Origin: Candidatus Sericytochromatia bacterium
Lineage (GTDB): Bacteria > Cyanobacteriota > Sericytochromatia > S15B-MN24 > VGJW01
Assembly: GCA_035285865.1 (NCBI GenBank)
Contig: JAYKHS010000010.1
Coordinates: 1 to 64,000 of the forward strand
Reading direction: 5' to 3'
Length of the DNA stretch: 64,000 nt
The notes below the pieces were generated by a model. The model saw nothing but the letters and a program-made list of their open reading frames with translations. It was not told the origin of the DNA and did no database searches. Of the stretch, positions 55,350-64,000 are shown piece by piece (the stretch's first letter is position 1; each line of letters starts with the position of its first letter). A program made the position numbers and the translations under genes.

Positions 55350-56606
55350 ATGAAGTCGCCCGCCCTTGCCTCCGCTCTGTGCATCGCCCTTGGGGTCCTT
55401 GGTTGTGGCCAGGAGATGATCCCGCCGGGCCTCACGGTGTCCGGAGCCGATGCCGTGCGCCTGAGGGCCCGAGAACTGCGGCAGTGGATCGTGGGCTTCG
55501 CCGATGATGCCTCCATGCGGGGTTTCGTCAGCCGGGCTGCGTTCCACGATTGCACCGTGGTGAAGGTGCTGCCCCCGCTCCGGATGGTGGTCGTGACGCT
55601 GGACCGCGTGACGGACGGAAACCTGAGTGTCCTTCGTGCACTATCCGGAGTGTCATTCGTGGAACGGGATGCGGTGAGTCCCGATTGGGAGCCGCCGTCA
55701 CCGAGCCGCTCGACGCCTTTTCTGCCGGCCCTGTTCGGCGACGGGGATCCGGGACGTACGGAGCAGTGGTATCTGGACCGCATGAACCTGCCCCGTGCCT
55801 GGGCGCTCGTGGGCCAGGCACGTACGGTGCGGGTGGCCGTCGTCGATACCGGTGCCGACCTCGCCCATCCTGATTTGCAGGGGCGGCTGCTGGACGGCTA
55901 CAACGCGGCCGAGCCCGGCAAGCCGCCGCAAGACTTCGAGGGGCACGGCACCTCCACGGCTGGCTGCATCGGCGCAATTGCGGGCAATGGCGTGGACATC
56001 GCCGGTGCCGCACCCAACGCGATGCTCGTACCCGTCAAAGTCAGCTGGACGGCTTCCTCGATCGCCGAGAGCATGGTCTGGGCTGCCGATCACGCCGACA
56101 TGATCTCGATGAGTCTCAGCGTCAAGCCCGCCAGCAGCGAGTATGGCCTTGCCCGGGAGAGCCTGCTTCGGGCCGCGCGCGTGGTGATGGACAAGGATGT
56201 CCCGATGGTCTGCTCGACCGGGAATACCTCGACGGACTCGGCCAACGTGCCTGCCGCCTATGCAGGTATCGAGGTGCCGGATCTGATTGCCGTCGGTGCA
56301 ACCAACACCTCAGACTGGGTGGCGCGCTTCTCGACAACGGGACCGTGGGTATCGGTCGTGGCGCCCGGCGTTCAGATCCTGACGCTGCAGAAGGGCGGCG
56401 GGACGACCTGGAACAATGGTACTTCGTTTGCCACGCCGCTCACGGCAGGAGTGGTGGCCTTGATGCTCGGTTCGGGACATCCTCGCCAGCCTGCACGAAT
56501 CAAGGCCACGCTGACGGGCACCGCACGAGACATCGACGCTCCCGGTCGCGACGTGCGATCGGGCAGCGGACTGGTCGATGCCGCGCGAGCCGTGGCTAAC
56601 CGGTAG
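55350..56606 (+). CDS. S8 subtilase lipoprotein
   Basis: Lipobox VLGC; VDTG, GHGTSTAG, STGN, GTSFATP. Confidence 0.92.
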   Translation: MKSPALASALCIALGVLGCGQEMIPPGLTVSGADAVRLRARELRQWIVGFADDASMRGFVSRAAFHDCTVVKVLPPLRMVVVTLDRVTDGNLSVLRALSGVSFVERDAVSPDWEPPSPSRSTPFLPALFGDGDPGRTEQWYLDRMNLPRAWALVGQARTVRVAVVDTGADLAHPDLQGRLLDGYNAAEPGKPPQDFEGHGTSTAGCIGAIAGNGVDIAGAAPNAMLVPVKVSWTASSIAESMVWAADHADMISMSLSVKPASSEYGLARESLLRAARVVMDKDVPMVCSTGNTSTDSANVPAAYAGIEVPDLIAVGATNTSDWVARFSTTGPWVSVVAPGVQILTLQKGGGTTWNNGTSFATPLTAGVVALMLGSGHPRQPARIKATLTGTARDIDAPGRDVRSGSGLVDAARAVANR

Positions 56607-58164
56607 CGTCTTCGGGCACGCCTTCCGTCAGCCCAAGCGTGAGTTGGGCCTGGGGTTGCACGAGCCTCTCCTTGGCCAGATCCTTCCGGCGGATCCGGGA
56701 CGAGGGTCGACGGGGTGCTCGCGAAGCATGCTTGCGGATGACCTCGGCCTTGCCCGCGCGGACCTCTGGCCTCGCGCGCCACGCATGGATGCGAGACCTT
56801 GCCTCTCGCAGTGCGGCCTCGAGGTCGACGAGGGGCGCGGGCAGCCCCCCGGTTTCCGAGGATCTGATGATGTCCGGCACGCGCCACGGCTCGAAGAGCC
56901 ACGGCTCCGGAACCTCGCGCATGGCAGGCAGCCATCTGCGAACGAAGACTCCTTCGGGGTCGTGGTCCCGTGCCTGCTTCACGGGATTGTAGATCCTGGG
57001 CAGATTGATCCCGGTTGTCCCGGCCTGCATCTGCACTTGGCTCCAGTGGATGCCCGGCTCGTAATCCACGAAACGCCGTGCCAGCCAGAGCCCGACGGGG
57101 CGCCAGTCGAGCCAGAGGGCCCCCGTGGCCGTCGAGACGAGCATCGCGCGCATCCGGAAGTTGATCCAGCCCGTCTGCCGCAGCATCGCGACGCAGGCGT
57201 CCACCATCGGCCAGCCGGTACGGCCGGCAGTGAGGGCCTGAAAGCGCTCGGGATGGGCTTCTCGATCCCACAGGCCCTCGTACTCCGGATGCATCGTCGC
57301 TTCGGACAGGCTTGGCTCCGTCTCGAACTTCTGGATGAAATGGGCCTGCCAATGGAGGCGGCTCTCGAAGGCCTCCAGATCACGTGTGGAGCCACCAAGG
57401 CCATCGCGTATCTGGCGGCGTCGCCTGCGGACGGCCTGAACGACCTCGCGCATGCCCAGGCAACCATAGGCCAGATAAGGCGACAGGCGCGAGCAGGCCT
57501 CCGGCGCGGACAGGGGCGAGGACATGCCGCGCCTGTAACCCCGTCCACCGGACTCGAGGAACTCCCTCAGCAGGGGCACGGCCATCGTCCTGCCGCCTCT
57601 CTGGCGATCAGGCGGATCCCACGAATCCAGGACTGCTGGCCGAAATTCGGAGGGAGGATCCGAACGCAGCAAGGGACCGCCAGAGACCAGTGCCGGTACC
57701 GGAACCTGAGGTTGCGCCATCCGGGCTTCCCAGATGCCGTGCCAGCGATCCCTGTCGCGCAACCTGCGCACGACGCCGCCCGAGGGCAGTTCGTGCCAAG
57801 TGACCGATCGCGCCTTGCACCATGCCTGGACGGCTTTGTCCCGGTCCCAGGTCGCGAGCGTGCCACTCTCCTCGTGCGACCAGAGATCCGTGAAGGGCTC
57901 CGCGGCATGCAGCGCCTCGAAAATCTCCACCGCCTCGCCAGTGATGACCTGAAGCGGGACGCCACGCCGTGCCAGAGCACGTTCCAGGTCTCTCAGGCAC
58001 TCGCGCAGGAAGCCCAGATGTGCGCCCGACATGTCCGGTTGGGCCCAGAGGGACCGCTCCAGACAATGAATGGCAAGCACCGGACCACGCAAGGCCGCCT
58101 CGGCCAGCGGCGCATGGTCGTGCAACCGCAAGTCACGCTTGAACCAGACGACTCCGTAGCCCAG
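56596..58164 (-). CDS. Photolyase/cryptochrome family protein
   Basis: VVWFKRDLRLHDHAPL, SRLSPYLAYG, GRTGWPMVDACV, NFRMRAM, DYEPGIHW, RIYNP; frame extends past 58131 to a possible CTG start. Confidence 0.92.
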   Translation of the reverse strand: MGYGVVWFKRDLRLHDHAPLAEAALRGPVLAIHCLERSLWAQPDMSGAHLGFLRECLRDLERALARRGVPLQVITGEAVEIFEALHAAEPFTDLWSHEESGTLATWDRDKAVQAWCKARSVTWHELPSGGVVRRLRDRDRWHGIWEARMAQPQVPVPALVSGGPLLRSDPPSEFRPAVLDSWDPPDRQRGGRTMAVPLLREFLESGGRGYRRGMSSPLSAPEACSRLSPYLAYGCLGMREVVQAVRRRRRQIRDGLGGSTRDLEAFESRLHWQAHFIQKFETEPSLSEATMHPEYEGLWDREAHPERFQALTAGRTGWPMVDACVAMLRQTGWINFRMRAMLVSTATGALWLDWRPVGLWLARRFVDYEPGIHWSQVQMQAGTTGINLPRIYNPVKQARDHDPEGVFVRRWLPAMREVPEPWLFEPWRVPDIIRSSETGGLPAPLVDLEAALREARSRIHAWRARPEVRAGKAEVIRKHASRAPRRPSSRIRRKDLAKERLVQPQAQLTLGLTEGVPEDATG

Positions 58165-58262
58165 AACGCATCCCCCTTGAACAGGGACAGGAAACCGCCG
58201 GGCCGGACTCTTATCTTACCCCGGACCGAGCGGCAATCCTGAAGGCTCGAGGCGCGCGGGAT

Positions 58263-59300
58263 TCAGGCGTGGACCAGATGTCCCATGTGGCGGGCGATGA
58301 GTGCATCGGCCGCCTCGGGGTCCCGCCTGCACTCCAGGAGCGCCCGCAGCATCAACGGCGCCACGATAGTGGCGTCCGATTCGATGACGAACATGGGCGT
58401 GTCTTCCGTCAGCTTGTCCCATGTGATCTTCTCGTTCGGTGTGGCGCCCGAATAGGACCCATAAGAGGTGGTCGAATCGCTGATCTGGCAGAAGTACGCC
58501 CAAGGCTTTGCCGGACGCTGCATGTCGTACTTCAGCGAGGGCACCACGCAGATGGGGAAGTCGCCTGCGATACCGCCGCCAATCTGGAAGAAGCCGACAC
58601 CCTTGCCCTCCGAGAGGGCCTCGTAGCGACCGTAGAAGTCGGCCATGTATTCGATGCCCGACTTGACGATGGAGGCTTGGCACTCTCCGTTGGCCACGTA
58701 GCTCGCGAAGATGTTGCCGAAGGTCGAATCCTCGTATCCGGGTACCACCACGGGCAGGTCCGCCTGGGCGGCGGCCAGCAGCCAGCAGGCCTCCGGGTCA
58801 CCCGCATACGTGCCTGCATCCAGCTTCTGGATGAGTGCATAGAAATACTCGTGCCAGAATTTCCGCGTACCGGCTGCCGAGGCTTCGAGCCACATCGGGA
58901 CGATGTCCTTCTCCACGACCCGGAAGGCCTCGTCCTCGGGGATGCTGGTGTCCGTGACCCGCCGCATCCGGGCTTCGAGAATGCGGGTGTCATCCTGCTT
59001 GGTGAAGTAACGGTAGTCGGGAAAGTCGCGGTAGCTATCGTGGGCCACCAGCCGGAAGAGGGACTCCTCCAGGTTCGCGCCCGTCACGGACAGCCCGTGG
59101 ATGAGGCCCGCGCGAATTGCCGGCGCAAGCACGATGCCGAGTTGAGCAGAGGACATGGCCCCTGCCACGGCCCAGAACATCCGTCCTCCGTCCTGGATGT
59201 GGCGCCAGTAAGCGAGGGTGGCGTCACGGGTCGCGCGTGCGTTGAAGTTCTTGTAGTGGGTCAACAGGAAATCGAGCATCGGCAGGGCGCGATCAGGCAT
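58263..59300 (-). CDS. Deoxyhypusine synthase-like protein (probable homospermidine synthase)
   Basis: AGAMSSA, TGANLEE, QIGGG, GSYSGATPNEKITW, ESDATIVAP. Confidence 0.88.
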   Translation of the reverse strand: MPDRALPMLDFLLTHYKNFNARATRDATLAYWRHIQDGGRMFWAVAGAMSSAQLGIVLAPAIRAGLIHGLSVTGANLEESLFRLVAHDSYRDFPDYRYFTKQDDTRILEARMRRVTDTSIPEDEAFRVVEKDIVPMWLEASAAGTRKFWHEYFYALIQKLDAGTYAGDPEACWLLAAAQADLPVVVPGYEDSTFGNIFASYVANGECQASIVKSGIEYMADFYGRYEALSEGKGVGFFQIGGGIAGDFPICVVPSLKYDMQRPAKPWAYFCQISDSTTSYGSYSGATPNEKITWDKLTEDTPMFVIESDATIVAPLMLRALLECRRDPEAADALIARHMGHLVHA

Positions 59301-59431
59301 CGGAAAGCTCCAGAGAGAATCAGGTCGGACCGGTCGGCGGGCGAAAGCTCCATTGTCGCATGCCGCTGCTCCATGCGTTCCCAAATGCGCGACGGCCCCG
59401 GCGCTGAGCCGAGGCCGTGCAACAGCACTGA

Positions 59432-60631
59432 CTACAGGACGGTCCGGGCCACGTTGATGCGGCCGTTGCCGAAATTCGGGTCGAAGCCCTTGGCACCGAG
59501 ATCATCCGCGGACTTCTCGATGCGCTCGCGGATCTGCTTGGCGCTGTAGGCCGGGAACCGACTCTTAACGAGCGCGGCCAGACCCGAAACGTGGGGACAC
59601 GCCATGGACGTGCCATCGAGGCTCTCGTACTTGCCGCCCGGTACGGTCGACAGGATGTCCACGCCAGGAGCCGCGACCGAGACGTGGCTGCCCGTGTTCG
59701 AGAAGTAGGCAAGGCGGTCGTCGCGCTGAGAGGCGCTGACGGCCATGACACCGGGGATGGCTGCAGGGTAGCTGGGCTCGTCGCTGCCGTCGTTTCCGGC
59801 TGCAGCCACGATCAGGCTGCCCTTGCGGATGGCGTGGGCGACAGCATCCTCAAGCACCTTGGAGGACCGGGCACCGCCCAGGCTCATCGAGATGATGGGC
59901 GCACCCTGGTCGGCGGCGTAAACGATGCCCTCCGCGACGCCGGCATAGGACCCGCTGCCGTTGGCATCGAGGACCTTGACGGCCAGCAGCGACACGTTGG
60001 GAGCTACCCCGACGACGCCACCGTTGCCCAGACCCGCCGCGACGGTGCCGGCGCAGTGGGTTCCGTGGCCCTGGTCGTCCATGGCATCGTCATCGTTGTT
60101 GACGACGTCGCGACCCTTGTTGACGCGGCCCGAGAAGTCGGGATGCGTGTGGTCGATGCCGGTGTCGACCACGGCGACCGTGACCTTGCGATCGCCGGGG
60201 ACCTTGGCCCAGACCTTGGTGGCGCCGGTCTTCTCCATGCCCCAGAGGCTGCCGAGCATGTCATCGCCAGCCAGGGCCGCGACCGGACGGCGCGCCACGG
60301 GGGCGATGGCCCGCATCACGTAGTTCGGCTCGGCGTAGACGACGGCCGGGTCACGACCGAGGCGTGCGAGCGCGGCCGTGGTATCGGCCGCCGTGACGAC
60401 CACCGCGCCGAGGCCACGGACGGTGCGAACCGACCGCAGGCCCTGAGCCGCGAGCCACCCGGCTGCGGCCACCTGCGGACGCAACTTGACGACAATCTGG
60501 CCCGGGACGGTCTGGGCGGCCAACGGCGCGGCTGCCCGGTCACCACCCACCGAGGGCAGGCCAGCGGTACCGCAGCCGGCCAGCAAGACGAGACCGAGAG
60601 AGAGGGACACGCTGTTGCGAAGGTTCGCCAT
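59432..60631 (-). CDS. S8 subtilase lipoprotein (thermitase-like)
   Basis: Lipobox LAGC; VDTG, GHGTHCAG, AAAGN, GTSMACP; AGGAGG RBS. Confidence 0.94.
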   Translation of the reverse strand: MANLRNSVSLSLGLVLLAGCGTAGLPSVGGDRAAAPLAAQTVPGQIVVKLRPQVAAAGWLAAQGLRSVRTVRGLGAVVVTAADTTAALARLGRDPAVVYAEPNYVMRAIAPVARRPVAALAGDDMLGSLWGMEKTGATKVWAKVPGDRKVTVAVVDTGIDHTHPDFSGRVNKGRDVVNNDDDAMDDQGHGTHCAGTVAAGLGNGGVVGVAPNVSLLAVKVLDANGSGSYAGVAEGIVYAADQGAPIISMSLGGARSSKVLEDAVAHAIRKGSLIVAAAGNDGSDEPSYPAAIPGVMAVSASQRDDRLAYFSNTGSHVSVAAPGVDILSTVPGGKYESLDGTSMACPHVSGLAALVKSRFPAYSAKQIRERIEKSADDLGAKGFDPNFGNGRINVARTVL

Positions 60632-60662
60632 GGGGAACGCCTCCTGAGAATGAATCAAGGGT

Positions 60663-60692
60663 CTTAACTTTACCTGAAGCTTACCTTAACAC
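60663..60692. promoter_or_regulatory. Three 8-mers at 11-bp period (Pho/OmpR-type box candidate)
   Basis: CTTAACTT-tac-CTGAAGCT-tac-CTTAACAC. Confidence 0.5.
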
Positions 60693-60740
60693 CTTCTGTC
60701 CGTTCGGGGCAAGGGGGAAGATCGGGTACAAGGTCCCTCG

Positions 60741-61238
60741 ATGCTGTCTCCCGTGACATGCCGAATCGTGACGGTGCTGGCGCTCCAGGCGTGCGTGCCT
60801 CTGGGCCGTGCCATGATTCCCGATCCGGCAACCCGCTGGGTGACCGGGCCTACGGAGGTCGGCCTGCTGGACGTCAGTGGGCCGCGCTGTGCGGGGGGGA
60901 CCCTCGTGGTGCGCGTCATGGCCGTCGTGGGCAGCAGTTCCTGCAATCGGGCCGGTGAAGTGCGCGCCTTCGTGGATGCGGATCGACGCCAGGTGACCGT
61001 ATCCGGGACAGTCGACACGCAGGTCTCGGACGCACCTCTGGGGTGCACGGCAGACTTCGGCGTGAAGACCTCGACGCTCTCCGTGGTGCTGCCGCAACCC
61101 GGTACATGGTCTTTCGTGGCCGAACGGCACTCCGCCGCACTGGGAGGTCTGGACGGACCGGCCGCGGCACGGATTGGGGTCGAGATTGCCGATTCCTGTG
61201 CGGGGCGTGGGGACGAGTCCGCGAGGACGCTGGACTGA
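60741..61238 (+). CDS. Hypothetical lipoprotein
   Basis: LQAC lipobox; beta-rich with paired Cys (GSSSCN, CTAD). Confidence 0.6.
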   Translation: MLSPVTCRIVTVLALQACVPLGRAMIPDPATRWVTGPTEVGLLDVSGPRCAGGTLVVRVMAVVGSSSCNRAGEVRAFVDADRRQVTVSGTVDTQVSDAPLGCTADFGVKTSTLSVVLPQPGTWSFVAERHSAALGGLDGPAAARIGVEIADSCAGRGDESARTLD

Positions 61239-61271
61239 AGGTCCGGATGTTCCGACGGGCGTGGTCCTTGG

Positions 61272-61312
61272 CTTAACCCCGGCCCATTCCTGCATGAAGG
61301 TTTGCTTAACCT
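61272..61312. promoter_or_regulatory. CTTAACC repeats 33 bp apart (3x11)
   Basis: CTTAACCC 61272, ATGAAGGT 61294, CTTAACCT 61305. Confidence 0.4.
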
Positions 61313-61386
61313 GCTGCTCGATGGCACGTGCGAAAATCGAACAAGCCTGTCCCGTAACGTGCATTCATCTGCCTCGAGGCTACCTG

Positions 61387-61797
61387 ATGCGTTCTCTTTT
61401 CTCTTCGATATTCGTGCCAGCGATGGTCCTGTTCGCGGGTTGCGGCTCCGCCCCCCCGATGACGATGTCATCCCTTGAGGTCCGTGATGCGGCCATTTCG
61501 GCCTCAGGGCTCTTCCCACGTCCGGAGGAGGCCCTCGTGCGGAAGGCTCTGCTCAAGGTTCCGGGCAACAAGTCCGTGCGTTCCGTACGGCTGACACGAA
61601 GCGCGCAGGGTCGGTGGACCTGGAAGGCCGTCGTGCGGGTGACCAACATCGGCGCAGGACCTTACACGCTGGAACAGCCATGGAGCGGGGAACTCTCCTG
61701 GCAGACCGGCTTCGTGACAGCCCGCTACGACGTGGCTGCGCCGGGAGATCGTCCTGGGCCGGGGCCCTTGGTGCATCAGGCAATCCGGGACCTCTAG
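61387..61797 (+). CDS. Hypothetical lipoprotein
   Basis: FAGC lipobox; GAGG RBS. Confidence 0.6.
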   Translation: MRSLFSSIFVPAMVLFAGCGSAPPMTMSSLEVRDAAISASGLFPRPEEALVRKALLKVPGNKSVRSVRLTRSAQGRWTWKAVVRVTNIGAGPYTLEQPWSGELSWQTGFVTARYDVAAPGDRPGPGPLVHQAIRDL

Positions 61798-61822
61798 GTC
61801 CTGCTGCAAGGCGCTGTCCGGG

Positions 61823-62617
61823 TCAACCGAACCGGTGGTTGGATACGGTCCAACCACCGAGGAAATCGTCTTCCCGCCAGACAAGACTGCCGAGATCCTC
61901 TTGTGCGGCCCCGGCAGCCACGAGCAACGGCAGCAGGTGCTCCTCCCGCGGATGGGCCGAGCGTGCCGCGGGAGCGCCGGCCCAGTCGAGCAGCTTGCTG
62001 TTTCGCGCGTGCGGGTCCGGGCAGGCCACGACCTCCTCGAGCCAGGTATCGAAGGTCTGAGACGGGCCGCGGCCTGCGGGTCCCATGAGGCGCAGGTTGT
62101 GGAAGCTGAGGCCGCTGCCGAGGATGAGCACGCCCTCCTGCCGCAAGGCGCTCAGGGCCCGCCCCGCCGCCAGATGTGCCCGCGGATCGAGGTCGGAGCG
62201 CATGGACATCTGGACGACCGGGATGTCGGCCTCCGGCCACATCACCGAAAGCGGTACGAACGTGCCGTGATCGTAGCCGCGCTGGCCGTCCAGGCGGGCT
62301 TCGAGGCCGTGTCGGCGCAACAGGTCGGCTGCCCGTGCCGCAAGCTCGGGATGGCCAGGGGCCGGATAGCGCACCGCATAGGTATGGGGCGGAAAGCCAC
62401 CGTAGTCGTAAATCATCCCCGGCTTCGCCGCGCTCGAGAAGGTGAACGCCGATTCTTCCCAGTGGGCTGTGGCAATCAGGACAGCCGAAGGCGCGGGCGA
62501 CGTCCTCCGGATATCCCTGAGTGATGCCGCTAGGCCCGAATGAGCTTCACGCAAGCCGTCGACCCAAGGCCATGGTCCGCCGCCGTGGGACAGGAACCAA
62601 GCTGGCATTCGGCTCAT
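61823..62617 (-). CDS. DODA-type (LigB-family) extradiol dioxygenase
   Basis: FLSHGGGP, TAHWE, YDYGGFP, RGYDHG, GSGLSFHN, AHPREEHLLPL. Confidence 0.92.
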   Translation of the reverse strand: MSRMPAWFLSHGGGPWPWVDGLREAHSGLAASLRDIRRTSPAPSAVLIATAHWEESAFTFSSAAKPGMIYDYGGFPPHTYAVRYPAPGHPELAARAADLLRRHGLEARLDGQRGYDHGTFVPLSVMWPEADIPVVQMSMRSDLDPRAHLAAGRALSALRQEGVLILGSGLSFHNLRLMGPAGRGPSQTFDTWLEEVVACPDPHARNSKLLDWAGAPAARSAHPREEHLLPLLVAAGAAQEDLGSLVWREDDFLGGWTVSNHRFG

Positions 62618-63660
62618 GTCCCGCCCTCCTCACTCCCCAGCTCGCGAACGGCGGGGAAGCCTGCCGAACGCTCGACGCGCCAGGACAGGGCATCAGCTCC
62701 GGGCAGCACCCAGAGTGCGCTGTAGCCTGAATAGGCCTCCAGATGGCGCTTGCCCAAGGTCGGGCCTTGGACATAGAGCGTCGTGGACAGGGTATCGGCG
62801 ACCTCGGCCGTCGGGCCCACCACCGTGACCGAGAGGCAGCCGCGCGCCGGCCAGCCTGTCCGTGGGTCGACGATATGCCCGTATCGAACCCCGTCCTTCC
62901 AGAAACCGCGTTCGGCGTCGCCAGAGGTCGAGATGCCGCCCGATGCAAGGTGGAGCGTACCGAGCACCGTGTCCGCCCGGGCAGGGTGCCGGATGCCGAA
63001 CTGCCAAGCCTCGCCTGAAGGGGGCTGGCCGAAGACCCCCTGATTTCCCCCGGCATCGACACGCCCGGAAAGGGCCCCGCCGCTGCGCATGACCGCAAGG
63101 GCCCTGTCCACGGCGTAGCCCTTGGCGATGGCCCCGAGGTCGACCTCAACCCCCGCTCTGCTCAGCCGTGCGCGATGGTCGGGTTCGAGCACCAGCAGCC
63201 GGTACCCGACCCGGGCTCGGGCCGCTTCAAGCGATGCCCTGTCGGGCAGACGGTAGTCCATCCCCTTGAAGCCCCAGGCCTTCATCAGCGATCCCACCGT
63301 CGGATCGAAGGCCCCATCGCTGCGCGCGGCATGATCGCGTGCCCGTTGCAGCAGCTCCCACGTTTCGGCAGAGAGCCTGACGGCCGTGCCACCCGCGCCG
63401 CGATTCAGCGCGGACAACTCGGAGTCGGCCTTGTAGGTGCTGAGCAGCGCGTCCAGACGACGAATCTCGGCGAAGCCCCGATCGACCAGCTGCTCGGCGC
63501 GCGGCCCGCGCGCCTCGACGGTCCAGAGGGTGCCCATGGCCATGCGCATCCCGGAGTGCCAAGAGGAGTCGGTGCCGGCGGGTTCGGCACCCGCCCCAAG
63601 GGGAATGGTGAGCAGGCAGGCCACCAGCAGCGGCAACGCGCCGCGGCGAAGGCGGGTCAT
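62614..63660 (-). CDS. apbE: FAD:protein FMN transferase
   Basis: MGT, SELSALN, GAFDPTVG, DLGAIAKGYAVD, STSGD, HIVDPRTG, ADTLST. Confidence 0.94.
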   Translation of the reverse strand: MTRLRRGALPLLVACLLTIPLGAGAEPAGTDSSWHSGMRMAMGTLWTVEARGPRAEQLVDRGFAEIRRLDALLSTYKADSELSALNRGAGGTAVRLSAETWELLQRARDHAARSDGAFDPTVGSLMKAWGFKGMDYRLPDRASLEAARARVGYRLLVLEPDHRARLSRAGVEVDLGAIAKGYAVDRALAVMRSGGALSGRVDAGGNQGVFGQPPSGEAWQFGIRHPARADTVLGTLHLASGGISTSGDAERGFWKDGVRYGHIVDPRTGWPARGCLSVTVVGPTAEVADTLSTTLYVQGPTLGKRHLEAYSGYSALWVLPGADALSWRVERSAGFPAVRELGSEEGGT

Positions 63661-64000
63661 CCGTGCTGCCCCGAAACGGTCGCCGCCCCGGGGACCGAAA
63701 CAGGGGCTGCCGGCTTTGGCAGGCCGAGTGCAAAGTCCCGGACCGAGGGCCTGCGACGCGGGCGCCGACGAACAAACCTTACGGCATAGAGCGCATAGCC
63801 CGTCATCACGAGCACCACGAGGGCCACCGACACCCCGTCCGTCAGGGGTACGCCCCATGCACCCCAGAAGCGGCCGTCATGCAAGGCATAGGCGAGCTGG
63901 ACCGCGGGTGTGTCGGTAGCCCCGCGACCCGGTGCACGATGCTCGTGCCACGCGCCGTCCCGCCCTCGCGACCAGACGCCCACACGCGTCATCACCGCCA
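63657..64000 (-). CDS. PepSY-associated TM helix protein, C-terminal part (partial)
   Basis: LAYALHDGRFWG followed by a TM helix ending TGY; stop overlaps the apbE start. Confidence 0.65.
   Translation of the reverse strand, partial: AVMTRVGVWSRGRDGAWHEHRAPGRGATDTPAVQLAYALHDGRFWGAWGVPLTDGVSVALVVLVMTGYALYAVRFVRRRPRRRPSVRDFALGLPKPAAPVSVPGAATVSGQHG

Noticed and set aside
1..64000. DGR template repeat or reverse transcriptase in the window
   Set aside because: No AAC-rich copy of the variable region and no RT motifs seen by eye; a computed search is still needed
1..64000. CRISPR array, cas genes or rRNA
   Set aside because: No regularly spaced repeats with unique spacers and no recognisable cas or rRNA sequence

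Overview
High-GC bacterial chromosome segment. Lineage is tentatively Candidatus Sericytochromatia-like, inferred only from lipoprotein architecture and LVSNxxG repeats and not verified. The first ~2.3 kb is a mobile-element junction: the 3' half of tRNA-Lys(UUU) as an att site, arm-type repeats and IS3 remnants. It carries an FGE/CLec-fold lipoprotein gene whose 3' end looks like a diversity-generating retroelement (DGR) variable region, plus an unannotated, internally deleted sister gene sharing the same 18-bp 3' end. No DGR template repeat or reverse transcriptase was seen in the window. The rest is coding-dense. It includes a TPR-adenylate cyclase, a putative R-S-E ADP-ribosyltransferase, paired large surface lipoproteins (one disrupted), an SPFH gene coupled to an orphan Mod-like methyltransferase, and icd. 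It also holds a translationally coupled envelope operon (membrane protein, minimal transpeptidase, SpoIID-AMMECR1 fusion, thioester alpha-2-macroglobulin, VanW), hrpB, a Dam-family methylase, arfB, a DEAD-box helicase, a cytochrome c/His-rich membrane protein/YceI trio and two ABC-F ATPases. The last third has a complete reductive pyrimidine catabolism cluster, three lipoprotein subtilases, a photolyase/cryptochrome, a DHS-like enzyme, a DODA dioxygenase and apbE. All calls come from motif recognition by eye; no searches were run.
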